Below are positions 40,401-54,000 of a DNA stretch of 64,000 nt, piece after piece (within the stretch, counting starts at the first letter, position 1; the number at the start of each line of letters is the position of its first letter). The stretch is from Blasia pusilla. Its lineage: Eukaryota. The stretch is from NCBI GenBank assembly GCA_050084515.1, contig CM114271.1:39680001-39744000 (forward strand), read 5' to 3'. A model generated the notes under the pieces. It was not told where the DNA came from. It saw only the letters and a program-made list of their open reading frames with translations, and searched no databases. Position numbers and translations under genes: made by a program.

Positions 40401-43400
40401 GGATACGTTGAGGTATGCAACTATTCAGGGAGGTGATTATTGACCTACTATCCGAAGATTTCATCAAGGAGACTATGTCTACTTGCAGCAGACGGTATCC
40501 ACGACGTTGGATGTGACTGCAGGGCGCACCATCTTGAGAGTGCATGAGGTTTTTCTATCCAGCGTTCTCTTATTGGAGGGACGTAAGGGTATGGTTTGGA
40601 AGGACCATGTGCGTAACTATGCGCCATCTCATCTTCAGAACATTGACGGTACATTTCATCCGATCTTAGCAGTAGTTTTTGTAGGCTTGCAGTGTATGTT
40701 GTGTGGTTTTTCCGTGGTGCACCACTCTTTCTAGTCTGTGATGGATGTTCGAGAGGATGGCATATGGCATGTTTGACACCACCTCTCACTAGGGTTCCTC
40801 AGGGACGATGGATGTGTCCCAGATGTACATAGAGTAGGTAGTTCTATATTGTTACTTATGTCTGTGACATAGATGATAAGAAGGCGACTAACGATGGGGC
40901 CACATGAGCACCTGGCCTTCTTGCTCTTAGCGTCCGAGAGATGTATGTCATGGTAGGTAGGGATTGATGGCTATCTAGAGTTAGAAGGATCTAACCACCA
41001 ATTAGGGAGGCAATTGGAGATATTTTGGTACTTCTTGTCTCGTTGTTTGGATGCCATGAGTTAGCATCATTCTCTCTTTGGATCGCATGAGCTATGGTCT
41101 TGCTTATTTTGTGTGTATGATTAGAAGAGTGGGGTGACATTGAGAGAGACAATGAATGTTTTGTAGCGATGTATATACTTTTTGTCTCGTTGTTTGGCGA
41201 TTTGTGTGTATGACACCACTCGTGATCACGAATAGCCCAATATTGGTATATTCTCTAGAATGTAAGTTGGAGAACATGACGGATGTTCGTGCAAGTGTCA
41301 CAAGATCCTCCTCATCTCCCAAAAAAATCTGGACCATGTATCAACTAAACCATTACTTGGTCTCGCACTCGATTGGCCCTAACATGGCCAACCTGCAATG
41401 ACCAAATCAATGGTCTCCACCCGATCTAAGTCCTACGCCCCCAGCAAGGACATGTCCCTTGATAAGGAACTCTAGTACCCCTTCATGACCGCCGCAAATA
41501 TCAAGTTAAGAAAACCCAGGCATAATTGTACTACACATCAAAGTGAGGTGCCCCTCTCAACCTCATCAAGCTCCACATAAAAGTATTGTTGCACATACAC
41601 TCATGCTTGCAAAACAACAGCCATCCCAATGTTAATCCCTCCAAAGAGACCCAACACTTGAATACCCTTCTTTAGGATGCGCCACACAATGCGTGTGGTG
41701 TCGAAGGGCAGAATCGTAGCACTCCTAGCTACCTCAAGTTTCTTTGACTTGTCATGCTCCGGTGTAAACTCCTCACTCCACACCATCTATATATGCTCAT
41801 TGGCCAAGCGTTGGAGCTACTCACTCGAGCCCACAAAGGCACTTCTCTTTCATGGAATAATGTTGCTAACATAACACTCTTCTCCATAGGGATGTTAATT
41901 GGTCACGGGTATCTCCTCAAAACATCACTTGGAGAAACCATTGCACACACTATCGTAGGTCTAGTAGGCATCTCCACCATCCAAGCAACCGCAACCTACC
42001 ATAGATTCCGTCTTCCTCTTCTCCATCAAGTTGATTTTTTTGCCCCTTCAACCCCACTAAAAGAGATCAAAATTCATGAAACTTTGTTACAACATGTGTA
42101 GAGACACATGGAGTCAAGAGGAGGATTTTAAGACGAAAGTGGATTCATATGTTGACAAAAAAATTAATATGAAGGATTGAGCTTTGATTTTCTCTTAAAA
42201 AAAATTTTTGGAAATGAAGATCTAGCTAAATCATTCATAAAATGCCTTATGCTAGGTTTCTCAATCTATAAAATGTGGATCCCACCTCTTGCAATCCATG
42301 TTTGTGGACATGTTGAGACTTTTCCGTCCATGTCCGTCTTAGGAACATACTTGTCCATATTTGTGCAACCATGGAATTCAAGAGCACCATTGATTATGGT
42401 CGTATTACTTTCCATAAGCTTAATGAAGGATGAATTAGTTATAGAAAGCTATTTGAAATAGAGGGGAAAATTAATGAAGTGCGTTTAAAACTAGAGAAGT
42501 TTAAGAAGATGTGTGTTTCTTGTGGTTTCCAATTCCAACTTGTATGAGGTCAATACAATTCTAAAAGTAACTTGCAAGGAAGGAATTGTTACAAAAGGCA
42601 GGGAAAATATAAGTATTCTATTTCATATGTGTCCTTGGTTGTCATACAAGAAGACCGATTGAATATAGTGTGGGAAAAGGTTGGGAGATAGAGAAAACAA
42701 CTTGGTTGTAAGATTTCGAAGATTTTAATTTGCAATTGATGACCCACATCCCAAAGTAGAATATGAAACAAAACTTGTGGAAAATGAGTATGTTAGTTTG
42801 AATGATGGTGTAAGAAGCAGGATTTATATTGAATGATTAGCTCCATTGGTTCTTTAGAATAATGTAAGTACAACAAATGATGATTTAGTTGATATGGATG
42901 TTGTTTGACATTAGATGAGACATGTTATGAGTGAGATTATGCATGAGTGTGTAAGAGAAGATCATATAAGAAAAGTTGATCTTATATATAATTTTAAAAT
43001 AATCTATTTTCATAAACAAACAAAATCATAAACAAAATTCCAAAATTGGACAATCCTATATATTATTAGAAGCTCATTCACATTTATACACCTAATCTTT
43101 AATAACGACCCTAAACCTTAATACAATAAATACAAACATATTTGAAACTTGGCAATTTCGAGGCTGTTCAATCTTGAGCTGTGGAGCGATGACGGAAATT
43201 TGAAACGTGAACTGTGAACTCTGATCGGATCGGTGAGTGGCAGAGACACAGCATTCTAATTCCATCGTCTTGTCTTTAGGCTTCAATACTATGAATCCGA
43301 GGCGTATTTTCAGTTCGGTATGTCCGTCATTCTTCGATTTTCTCTCGTAAGGAAGAGACTTAGGGTATTGCGGAGACCTTGTTCCCCCATATCTGACGAG

Positions 43401-44736
43401 GTTTTCTTGCATGGGAACGGCGGAATCTAAGCCTCTGATTGTCTGGTTGTAAGATTCGGATTCGTCCAAGCGGTCTTGGGACGGAGCAAAGAATCAAAAT
43501 AATCAGAACAGGAGAAATAATCAGGTTTCAAGTTCGTGTAGGTGCGTTTCTGCGTCTTTCCCATTCCGATATCCCTTCAAATTTTACCCCGAGTTTGACA
43601 GCTTGGCATAGTCAGAATTGGCTTCAGGGTCTTTTTGTGGTTCAGATATCGGCGAATAGTCTTCATCAGACTCGGGTTTCACTTCTTCTAAACTGATTTT
43701 TTTTTTCGTTTCAAACCCTTAAACCCCTGGACGGACAATCAGAGTCCAATTTCCCAGTATCCTATACAGCAACTGATGTCGTTTCTCATTAACGAAGGTG
43801 TCTTCCACTTGCACTCGTGTATCTGCTAACGCATTCCATTGCAGTGACAGAAAGCATTCAATCTCTCCTTTTAGTAGGAGCTTACGAAATCATCGCCATT
43901 TGCGAAAAGACAGAAAGGAATGGGGAAATGTTCAGAGCAAAAGTCCCTTGGAACGTTGAGTGGAGGGTTTACAGGCGCTAAACCCTTGGCAATCAAAGCA
44001 CTCACTGTATATGGCGCGGACAATTTGAAACGAGGCTGAGTCTGATACTACTATATCACTTGCAATCGAGGGAACTGTTTTACTCTCTACTTCTTGCAAA
44101 GCATCGCGGATTGCTCTGATCCCTCCGCAGCTTCAATTGGTTTGCTCCAAGCTCGAATGTAACTACTGCTCATAAGGTCTTTGCAGAATTTTGAGGAATT
44201 TTGAGTCGTTCCTTGTGTATCTCTCGAATGGACTTACTTTCTACCACGATCTCTTTCGAATCGGACCGCAAGTGAATTTCCACGTCATTGAATCGAAAGT
44301 GCGATTTTTCACCCTGAAAGTCCGCTATGTATGGGGATTTACTGGACGACGCAAGTGTTGCAAGTGCATATGCATCAATGATCAAATGCTCCCTTCCTCG
44401 TAGTAGTTATTAAACCTTGAAGCTGGTAGTCGTACTCCATCTCGAAAAAACTGCTTGTATCCACCACACTAGCTGTGCCCTCCGTTCGTTCCCTACATGA
44501 TTAATTAAATTTCAAAATTATCTTCGAAATTTTTTTTGTTTCATCCCATGGACCTAATTATGTGCTCCATCAGTGCAACTTTCTCCCAGTAGAATCGGTG
44601 CTCTTCAAAACAGAGACTCTGGGGCTCCACAAGTTTTCTTATCGCTTCGTTGTAAGGCTTTAGTGTTCAGGCAGATTGTTCTACTTCGCTAATGCCTTCG
44701 AAAGTTTTTATTTTCCAGTTTTCAAGCGATTGAGCC

Positions 44737-47700
44737 ATGAGTCGTCGCCAGGAAGTCTGCCGTGATTTTCAGAGGGGCAAGTAAGTAAGCTCTAAGTAAG
44801 TCGAAGAGCAATTTTAATTAATGGGGAATTTAAGTTGCTTTGGTAGTTATGTTGGGATCTTTCTAACAAATATCCTTTTGCAGTTGTCGCTTTGGTTCTC
44901 GATGCAAGTTTCTGCACCAAAGCAATCAACCGCAGCAGAGACTACCGCAGCAAAACCAAAATCAAAAGGTTAGTGATCTTGTAGGCCTATGACTGGTGAC
45001 GTTATTATCATTTGCTCTAGTTTCCTCTTAGATCAATGAACACTGCTTAGTATCAAACCCACTGTCTTTTCCAGGAGGAGCTTGAGATGTGTATAATGGT
45101 CGACATAGCTGTGGTTTTATTTCTTCCTCTGAGCAGAGATAGGATCATGATATTCCTCTGTGTTTTTGGCAATAAAAGCAGGACGTTTTTGATGGAGGTG
45201 GAGGTAGAAACTACTATGGAGCCTTGTCAAATCCTGCTCCTCAGAGACAATCACAAAATCCTCAGAGTCAATCGTCAACCAAGGACCACAAGTGAGTGTG
45301 TTCTGTATGTTAACATTCTGCTTTCAAAAGTGGTTCCTGTGCAATTGATCTGTTTGTTGGTTTCCTAACTGTAGGCATGTCAGATGTAGCTAGACAAGCT
45401 CTCTTTTTGATCAAAACCATGAGGGGAATTCCTGGCTGATGGATTAGTTTTTCGAATCTGCTGTAGACATAAATATAAGGGTCAAGAGTCTGGTGTGAGT
45501 TCTGTTTATGAATTATCTGTTGCATTTCTGATAGGTGCAATGATCCCCGGCTTTGCAAGGAGCAGATCAAAGAAGATTTTGCATCAGAACACCCGATCTA
45601 TTGGCGGCTAACTTGCTACGCACACTACAAATTGTAAGTAGCCCAATCTATGGAAGTTGTCAAAGCCTTATGGTGCATCTGGGCAAAACTTCATGAAGAA
45701 TAATGATTTTAACTACGACAGATTTTGGCCTGGCATTGGAATTCTCAGTTATGGAAAAGAAAAACGAACAAGTCAAAAATTATAGAAATTTGATTGTCAG
45801 TGATCCATAGTAAAAAGAGAGGGTAGCTTCTTGATTTTCAACACCTGGAGTATGTGACACATGTCTTTGTCAGCAGGGAAAAAAAGTTGACCGGCAGTTT
45901 AGTAACAGAGGTCTGTTGATTCTCTTCTGAACATGGATTGCATTTTTCCTGTGATTCAACATGGTAACATTGAAGACTCTGGAATATTAGCTCCTGACCA
46001 ATCCACATTCAAGCACTGATGTCTTTATGGAACTAAGCATAGTGGGGAATAGTGCACAGAACAAATAGACCAAAGAATTCTGATATGATGAGGGTAAAAC
46101 CTTCAATCTGTCCTCACTTACCTTGAATCCAGCTGTAAATCTATTACACAAACGTAATAGATGTACGTAAGGATACGGCAGAGAAATTACACAAACCTAA
46201 TAGACCACAAGGGTCCTGAAGTGATGATCATAAAATTATGACTCTTACTTTCTAATACACTGTCATACATTAATGTTAGTTCTGTGACTTAAGTACACTG
46301 AAGAGCACTGCCAAACTAATAGGCAAGTGATAATTCTTCTTTCTCTTCATTCTTAGCTTCAGTCTTTTGACCCACAATTGTGCTCCAAAATCAGAATCTA
46401 CTTTCATGGTCTATGAGGTGGTTAGCATCTATGCTTTTAATGATGGATCTCACAGGCATCCTGGCTTCAGGGCTATGTGAAGTCCTATCTTCAGGGTTAT
46501 ACATCCAAAAGCAAATCCACTTATATAGTCCATTCTGACTTGGTGGCAAGTAAATTTACAAATAATACTTCAACCCCTCCAGGACCCGTTGAAATTAGAA
46601 GAGTCTGGAGATAGGCTTTGATATTCTCCAGATTGGCAACTATTTATTCAAAGCCTTTTTGCATAAGCACCACATGAGTTTCATAAGTTGTTCGTCAATC
46701 AGAACTAGTCTCCCCCACATTTTGTGATCAAAGAATGCAAAAATGGATCTTTTTTGGCAGCCTTCCAAATGATATTGTTGGAGATGTAAGTCCAGAGGAG
46801 CTGCGGGCACTTGCATATGAAGGTGCTAAGCAAGGTCTCTCTCTCACCGACCTGGTCAGTTCCACACCTTTGCAAAGTATCTTTCACATTTCAATTGATT
46901 CTGTACTTTTCTTGTGAGATGCCACATGGTCGCAAGTAAGGTCAGAAAGGTACGTGTAGGGTTGGGCATGAAAGAGTGGAATTCAATAGTAATTCGAGTA
47001 ACGAAATTTGTCTCCACTAGCCTATTCAGATTGGGTTGAAAACACTGTCATAATAGAAATTGGCAAGCAGAATAGATTTCGCTGGTTGTTTTTTCAGACT
47101 CAGTTTCTCCTCGGATAGACTTTGTTTCATTTTATAGAACGAAATGTTACTTTCATAGCTTGCCTGTTTCCAGTTCAATAGTTAGATGTTGCATTGGCAC
47201 TCTGATATGACAAGCATCTTTTTAGTTCAGAAAAAGTAGATTTTAGTTTTCAAAATAGGCACATTAATAATGTGGGTTTGCTGTTTTACATCTTGGCAGT
47301 CAGTTTTGATAGGATATTGTCCTTTCATCGCTTTCTCTTGCGAATTGGGCCCTTACTCAATGCTTCATATTCAGTGATCAAGTGATCTCACTGATGTAGT
47401 TGATGTGAATGCTGTTTGTGCAGTCACAGAGAGAAGGAACAATGATTGCAGCAAAGAACGCCGAGTTCGAGGCTCTTTTAAGAAACCATTACAGGGGTCC
47501 TGCATCTCAAAGTGCTTCTGTATTTCCATCTAATTCTTTCTCTTCATCCCCATTCTTGGGTTCCCCACAGAACAATAGCACTGTCATGGTCTTTGGGCAA
47601 CCATTGACATTGTCCAATCCTTCCCCATCACCATTGACCTTTGGACCAACACCCAACTCTTTTGCAGTACCAGCTTTCAACTCTAGCCAACTCAGGTGAT

Positions 47701-49201
47701 CTTAATTTTAAATGTAAATTTTTTTCAGCTTCCTGGATGAGTTGGTGCAAAGCTATGTGTCTGACCCGGCAGAGATTTACTCCTCCTGATTTTGGCAGTG
47801 GAGATATCACTTTCGGAACCAAGTCCTCATCTGGAAATGCAAGCCCATTTGGACAGCCCACGAATCTCTTTCAGCAAAGTCCCTTTTCAAGCACCCCTGC
47901 TGTATCTCAACAAAGTCCATTTAGCATTCCGCAGCAAGGTACAGGATCTTTGTTGTATGTTCTGCAGTATGTGTATTTACATACTAGCCCTAACTCGAGA
48001 ATTGCCCTAATTCAAGGTTACCCTAAAAAGATAGAGGAACACTAAGTTATCTCTAGCTAACTAAATTAGTATCCAACTAAGTTAGTATCTGACTAACTAC
48101 TTTTAGGGTTAACAAATAGATATTAGCAAATTTCAAAGTTTCCTGTCTGTATGCCATTATAATCTAGGCTGTGAGAATCTTTTGAAGCTGTTAATTCCCA
48201 TTTGCAAAGAACTGATAATTGAAGTGGAAGACGAAATTTCCTTTTTAGCTATTGATTTTCGAAGGTTATGAAGCAATACTTGCTGGTTCAAAGGATTTCA
48301 TGGATGTCTTTCTTGGGATATTGACATCAAATGATAGACTGGTTTTCTATTACTCAAGTATGTGACCTTGTAACACCTAGTAAGTTTGGATACAAAGACT
48401 CCACTGCTTGAAATCAGCTGGCATTACCTTTAGTCATGCTTATGCTATTGATCTATGTCCTCATATGTCTCGTTACTGTGCAGGGTTTAACTCACCAGTC
48501 AGTGGCAACGGATTCCAGTCACCCTTGTCTCCTGCAAATCCTTTTACTCAATCACCTTTCTCATTTAACCCAAGTCCACAAGGGTTCGCTGTGAACACTG
48601 GGACTGTCCCGACCATTACAACTACTCAATCTAATTTTCCAGCAACTAATTTATCAACACCAGCCTCACAAATGTAGGTTGGCATTTTGTGATCTCCCAA
48701 TAAGTATGAGTGCTCATTCTTTTTATCAGAGTGGATAAGGTTTATAAGTATATTCAGACAATTCAAGTCTAGAAACATGTGTTTTACCAACACATTTGCA
48801 CCTGCCTTCTAGATTGTTTTAGATTGCCAAAAACACAAGCAGGATTTGGAGCCAATACGCATAGAGGAAAGGCTCCAGTCCAATGCATGATGAAAGATGT
48901 CTGGACGAAAGGGATTGCAGCTAGTCACCTTTCACTATGCAGTGGGGAATAACTCCTGTATCTCCATATTTGTTTCAGGATACCAAGCACACCAGTGGAC
49001 ATGGCTTCCAACACGCATGCTGGGGAGGATGGAAAATGGCTTAAAGATGTCTGGAAGATAGGCGAGGTAGTAATTTGAAGGTTCAAAAGTACTGCTCTTT
49101 TTAATGTGGTATCGCTGCTAAGCAATAAATCTAACTAGGTTTTTGTTTTCCTCCTGCGACAGATACCAGAAGGAGAGCCCCCTGTCCACGTGCGATTCTG
49201 A
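44737..49201 (+). CDS. CCCH zinc-finger FG-nucleoporin, CG1/NUPL2/Nup42-like (multi-exon)
   Basis: MSRRQEVCRDFQRG|NCRFGSRCKFLH (C-x7-C-x5-C-x3-H, intron 44781-44883); CNDPRLCKEQIKEDF...WRLTCY; DIVGDVSPEELRALAYE; S/P/F-rich FG-like exons at 47423-48675; C-terminal WLKDVWKIGE|IPEGEPP (GLE1-binding-type motif); TGA at 49199-49201. Confidence 0.85.
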
Positions 49202-50139
49202 TTCTTCAAATGCTTCGATTATGTGCATAATTTTCTTTTCATGCTTTGCATCTGGTTGGGTGATGTAAAGTAGAGGTTTACATCAAAGTTCTTGGACGGA
49301 ACCAGGGGTTTTCCATCCTTGAGTCCATGATGTTTTCTATTTATTTATCTTGAAGGATGGACATTAAGTGTATGGGTCCAATGAGGATATGTTATAGCCT
49401 AAATGCCAGAAAGGCCGACAATAGTTTGCCAATTCAGCTTTCTGAGTAAATTTTGAAGTTAAAGCAATACTTTTGACAACATATATGATACACACGGGGA
49501 TTCATTCGCAACAGTAGTGACTCTAACTTATTATGGTGGATTAGTTTATAATGATGGATTAGTAAGGCGCTTATATGATGCGTGGGAAAAAAAATGTTTA
49601 AGAGCTAGTGTATAATGGGAAAAGATTGATGATTTTGTACATAAATTGAAAATTATAATCTTGTTGCTTTTAGTATGTAAAATATTTTTTTATGTCCTAT
49701 CGTCTATTTGTCAAGTTGACAGGTAAATTAAAAAAAGTATATAAATTAAAAAGGAATTCTCTCATAATAACGTATATAATGTGTTCATATATAAAGAAAT
49801 ATTTGAAAAGTTATTATATAATAATGAAAAGAAGAAATTAATGACAATATACATAAATTTAAATTTTTTATAAAAAATTCAAATATTTGGAATATGTTGT
49901 TGGAATAAATTGTCGAGGTCAAATAGATATCTGTAAATAAAAAGACGTTATAATAATAAGATAAATAAGATGCTTATGAAAATTAATAAATGATTGAAAA
50001 ATTAGGGGAAAATCTAATGATTGCACTAACTTCAAATATTTTTTTATTATTAATAATTTGTTAAACATTTTTTTTCTCAATTGTTACATGTCAAAAAGTA
50101 TTTATCCTAAAGGATCCTATTTATCCTATGAATGAATGG

Positions 50140-50272
50140 TTGCTTTGGCAACCCTTGATAGTTGTCAACTTCGCCCTTTTGCTTTTGCAACCCTTGATAG
50201 TTGTCAACTTCGCCCTTTCTGTAAAAGCACAGTTTCACTAAAAGTTTCTGTAAAAACACAGTTTCACTAAGA
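50140..50272. repeat. Two adjacent short tandem duplications (about 39 bp x2 and about 29 bp x2)
   Basis: gcaacccttgatagttgtcaacttcgcccttt occurs twice, immediately followed by tttctgtaaaa(g/a)cacagtttcactaa twice. Confidence 0.85.
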
Positions 50273-51054
50273 AACAGTATGGAAGTGGCATTTCAAAGGC
50301 CAAACATTCAGATGTGATCTTAGTCAACTCGGGTTTCGCATAATTTCCATGTTCAAATCAAGAAAATGTTTGTGCATGGCCATCTGCCTCGATGTGACAC
50401 CATCTACTACCATCGCTTTTCATTCCGCCAGATGAACACAAGGAGATTGTGTTAAGATGGGACAATTTAAAGTGCTCTTTCTAGACACAGGATAAAATAA
50501 TTTAATGTGCATACATTCCCTTCCAAACAATCTAAGTATGAACAGGCAAACCACATAGAGACGAATCGTGTAGTTTTAGTCCGCCATAGTTATGAATCCA
50601 TTCCGAATTTCTACGGTGCAAGTTATTGTGGCCGAAATAGTCCAATCATGGCCAATTCCAGTAGTATAATTTCGTTTTCTCCTCAATCTTCCTCTCAAAT
50701 AAACATAATTGGCACGCTTGACTAGTATTATTACCTTAACAGAGCAGGGGAGGGTACGTGGAATCGATGGTATGTTCTCGTGAAAAGATTCTTCTGAACT
50801 TCCTCCATCCATTTCTGTTTGGTATCTGACAATGATCTTAGCTAGGCGAGGTACACCGCCTCCCTTACTATTATTGACTAACTTCTAATAGCTCATATCA
50901 CAGAAAAGTGATAAAAGTAATAACAATGTGCCGCTAGTGGAAGACCCACTTTGATATATAAATGAACTAAATTATGGGTTGAAGCCTGTACACCTAAACC
51001 CTCAAGCACAGCTGAAGAGACTGGCCAATGAAAGCAGGGCCTGCATTTCTGAAT

Positions 51055-54000
51055 CTACGAAGATCCAGCTCTCCTCTTCTGGTACTCATTGACTAATTGT
51101 GCCTGCACATCCTGTGGCACTGCGGCATGCTGGTGATACTCCATGGTGAACTCTCCCTTTCCCTGAATCAAAACAATGGTATGGAATAACAGTCATAATT
51201 CGCCACTCTGCATACCTCATTCATTCAGTCCACCTCAGTTGATGTTCATCCCTCCGTGGGTAAAGCAAACATTCAAGCCCACATTATTAAACCCTTACTT
51301 TCATACATTGGGGTTACTTTGACAACAAATTAGCTTTCCCTGACTTTTCTTTAAGTATGAAACATCTTAAAGATCAAATTAAAGAAAAAACATGAGAAAA
51401 CTATTTCTGGTAACACTGAACAACAAATTCCAAAAACTACTCTACACAACAGATTCTCATACTGGTTAGCAGGTCTACGTACTTGTGTCATTGACCGGAG
51501 ACCAGTCGAATAGCCAAACATATTGTTCAGTGGGACCTGTAGACATCAAACATTCTGAATATCAGAGAACACGTTCCATATTTCTTTCAAAAATCCAAAC
51601 AAATTCTTCTCTCCATGTTCTCTCTGCCAATCTCTCACGGCTCCTTGAAATGGCTGAATTTACTATGAGTAGTGCAGACCACATGCTCAACACTAGGAGC
51701 TCAATCTAAACAGCTTGAAACTTACATGTGCAGTGATGACTGCATCATCTCCATCTTGCTCACTGCCAACAATAATACCTTTCCTCCTGCAATTTTTTTA
51801 AAGCAAGAAAGCAAGCTATGAGTTTCTGAAGATGGCAGACTCATTCACAAATATTAAAACTTGAGAAAAATTACAAGTAGTGGAGATTTAAACTCTCAAA
51901 TCATTTTGGCCAAAATGAAGCAACTTCCACAAAAGAAGTTGGGATACAATTAATCACCTGTTTATATCTCCAATGATGGGGCCCTGAAACTCTATAGGCG
52001 CTTTCATCTCCACAAGCATAATTGGCTCCAAAATTACTGGCCTGGCATTTTGATAGCACTGTTCACATAATCGAATAGATAATCAGGACATCTCTACTAT
52101 TTCTAGATAGTGAGATAGACATGAACCTCTAGATATGAAGCCCCCACCACTCCTTTTCTTCTAATAGCCTTTACACATTAGTGATACCGAAAGGGTTTAC
52201 TGGAGGGGGATTAGTTTCCTTTTTTAAAGTAAGCAAAGTGAAGGTGGGGGAATTTTTGGACAAAGTCAATTCTTTTCCAAAATGAAGAGGCGAGAATGGT
52301 AGGTTTTCCACATGAAAGGGAGGGATGCAAGGCAACGTGAGAAGAAGCGGAGTTTTAAATGAAGGAATGCCTAAAGGGGGTTGTCTATCTCACTAATCTT
52401 CTCTATTATTTTAGGAACATGCGTATTTATGTTCTCACAAAAATTATAATCTTTCAAAGTATAAAATCATCTCATATTAATAGCTAAAAGGGGATTAGGG
52501 GTAGAGGATGGTGGGATTTTTGTTTCTCCAAGTTGAAAAGTTGGGGATGAAGGAGCTAATAAATGAAGAGGTCAGAAGGGGAACTTTAAGAAGGTTGTAT
52601 GAAGGACACCATGAATGTGGCAAGAAAGACTGGAAGTTTTTCTAAATATTTGCTTAGCACAGGCCTACTAATTTCCTAGAGCAGGCAAGCTGGTTCAGGT
52701 AAACATTCAAACTCAGAATAATTGCAACTCTGGAAACGACGTCTCTCAATGAAACTCTAAATCCACTATGGCAAACATAATACAATTCTGTCTCATATTG
52801 ACTCAGACTCTGCTTCTATACCATTTAAGTGAGAAAATTTTACCTACATTAAATGATTGGTTGAACTCAACTTATGGCCAAATCACCAGTGGGATTACCT
52901 CTCGAAAGGCATAGAGTGAAGCCAGCTTGAAGGCCAGATCACTGGAATCCACCTGATGTGATGCTCCATCAGTCAAAACTACTCGTAGATTCTCCACAGG
53001 ATGCCCAATCAGAGAACCTCTGCAATCATGTCCAAGACAGAGATGTCAGATATGATGTCTTCCTGCAAGGGAATATAATCGAACCCTTAGGTGGTGGACT
53101 CCAAGGTGGAGTCAGGAGAACCCATCAATCCCTCTGATTGAGACAAACTTCATGAGAAAACATGTTACTACTGGTCCACACATCTCCAATCCTATTGTGC
53201 TTAACAAACCAGAAACGTAACAATGGGAAGACACTTTTGCTTCACATTTATCTCAACTGTCAGGAAGGAATCAACTTACGAGTTACTAGCTTCAATAAAT
53301 CCTTTCTCAATCGAAGGTATGAAGTTGGATGGAATAGCTTGTCCAATCATCATATTTTTAAATTCAAACTTCTTGTCTGAATCTTCAGGCAATGGCTCCA
53401 CATATCTATTAAATGAACCAAGGAAACCATTTATCCCACTGTCAGAACCATCGGGTGGAAGAGCACATCATCAAATGAAAAATAATATTCTCAAATAGCT
53501 GTTTGGTCCAGGCACCGATATTTTGTATCACGAGCTAGTAGTTACCCAACAACACGTCCATATTGCCCTTGGCCACCACTTTGCTTACGATGAAGGTAAT
53601 CAAAGTCCGCCCTTTGTGTAATTGTCTCCCTAAAGTTCACCTGAGGCTTTCCAACAATCGCATCTACCTGCATATAAAAAAATTCGTTTGTGAATTTGGC
53701 TTTCAGTCAAGGTAAAAGCACCATACAATACTTACTCCAAGTCAAGATAGGCAGAGACATAAAGTTTGGTCTGTTTGTGTTGTAACATAGGTCTAATGGC
53801 ACCTTGGGTCATGATGACTGGGCCCCTCCTCAAGAGACTTAATCTCCTGCATAACCTAAATATACCCTGTAGGAGTATTCACTAACATTTAAAAGATTCA
53901 CCAAGAGATGTATAAGATCATGAATCTTACGAAGTACAAATGGTTTGGGGAATATATTGTCACAAACAGGGTCCACTCCACATAATGGATCAAATCTGCT

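Larger units (their letters stand above)
22565..41215 (+). mobile_element. Element Y: decayed Ty3/Gypsy-type retrotransposon (Gag, protease, DNMT3-like MTase, RT, RNase H, integrase, PHD), TSD CCAC, interrupted by element Z
   Basis: TGTCAC...TGACA termini with CCAC at 22561-22564 and 41216-41219. Gag about 24360-25600, protease RVLLDSRAQP about 26330, DNMT 26990-28000, RT 37964-38746 (YIDD), RNase H 38766-39488, integrase 39522-40443 (HAHEELGHFG...CMVC, WSLDFAGP, LTDQG), PHD about 40690-40830. Many stops and frameshifts. Confidence 0.93.
19926..42010 (-). mobile_element. Element X: oldest, internally deleted Ty3/Gypsy-type retrotransposon remnant (pieces 19926-20505, 21150-22564, 41216-about 42010) that hosts the other insertions
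   Basis: Minus strand shows a DNMT fragment (VLGLFGGINIG, DLVIAGWPC*GQS, YILENIP) at 41230-41680 that continues across the Y insertion into 22500-22564. Integrase (CMMCDLVRASFNAPTPQLHPLP) at about 21150-22200, PHD at about 20155-20300, PPT-like tract at 19979-19988, partial A repeat at 19926-19978. Most of RT is deleted. Confidence 0.8.

Noticed and set aside
46080-46310. RTGATGA and CTGA motifs in an intron of the CCCH nucleoporin gene, considered as snoRNAs
   Set aside because: No clear terminal stem or recognisable rRNA complementarity, and single copy; could be chance.
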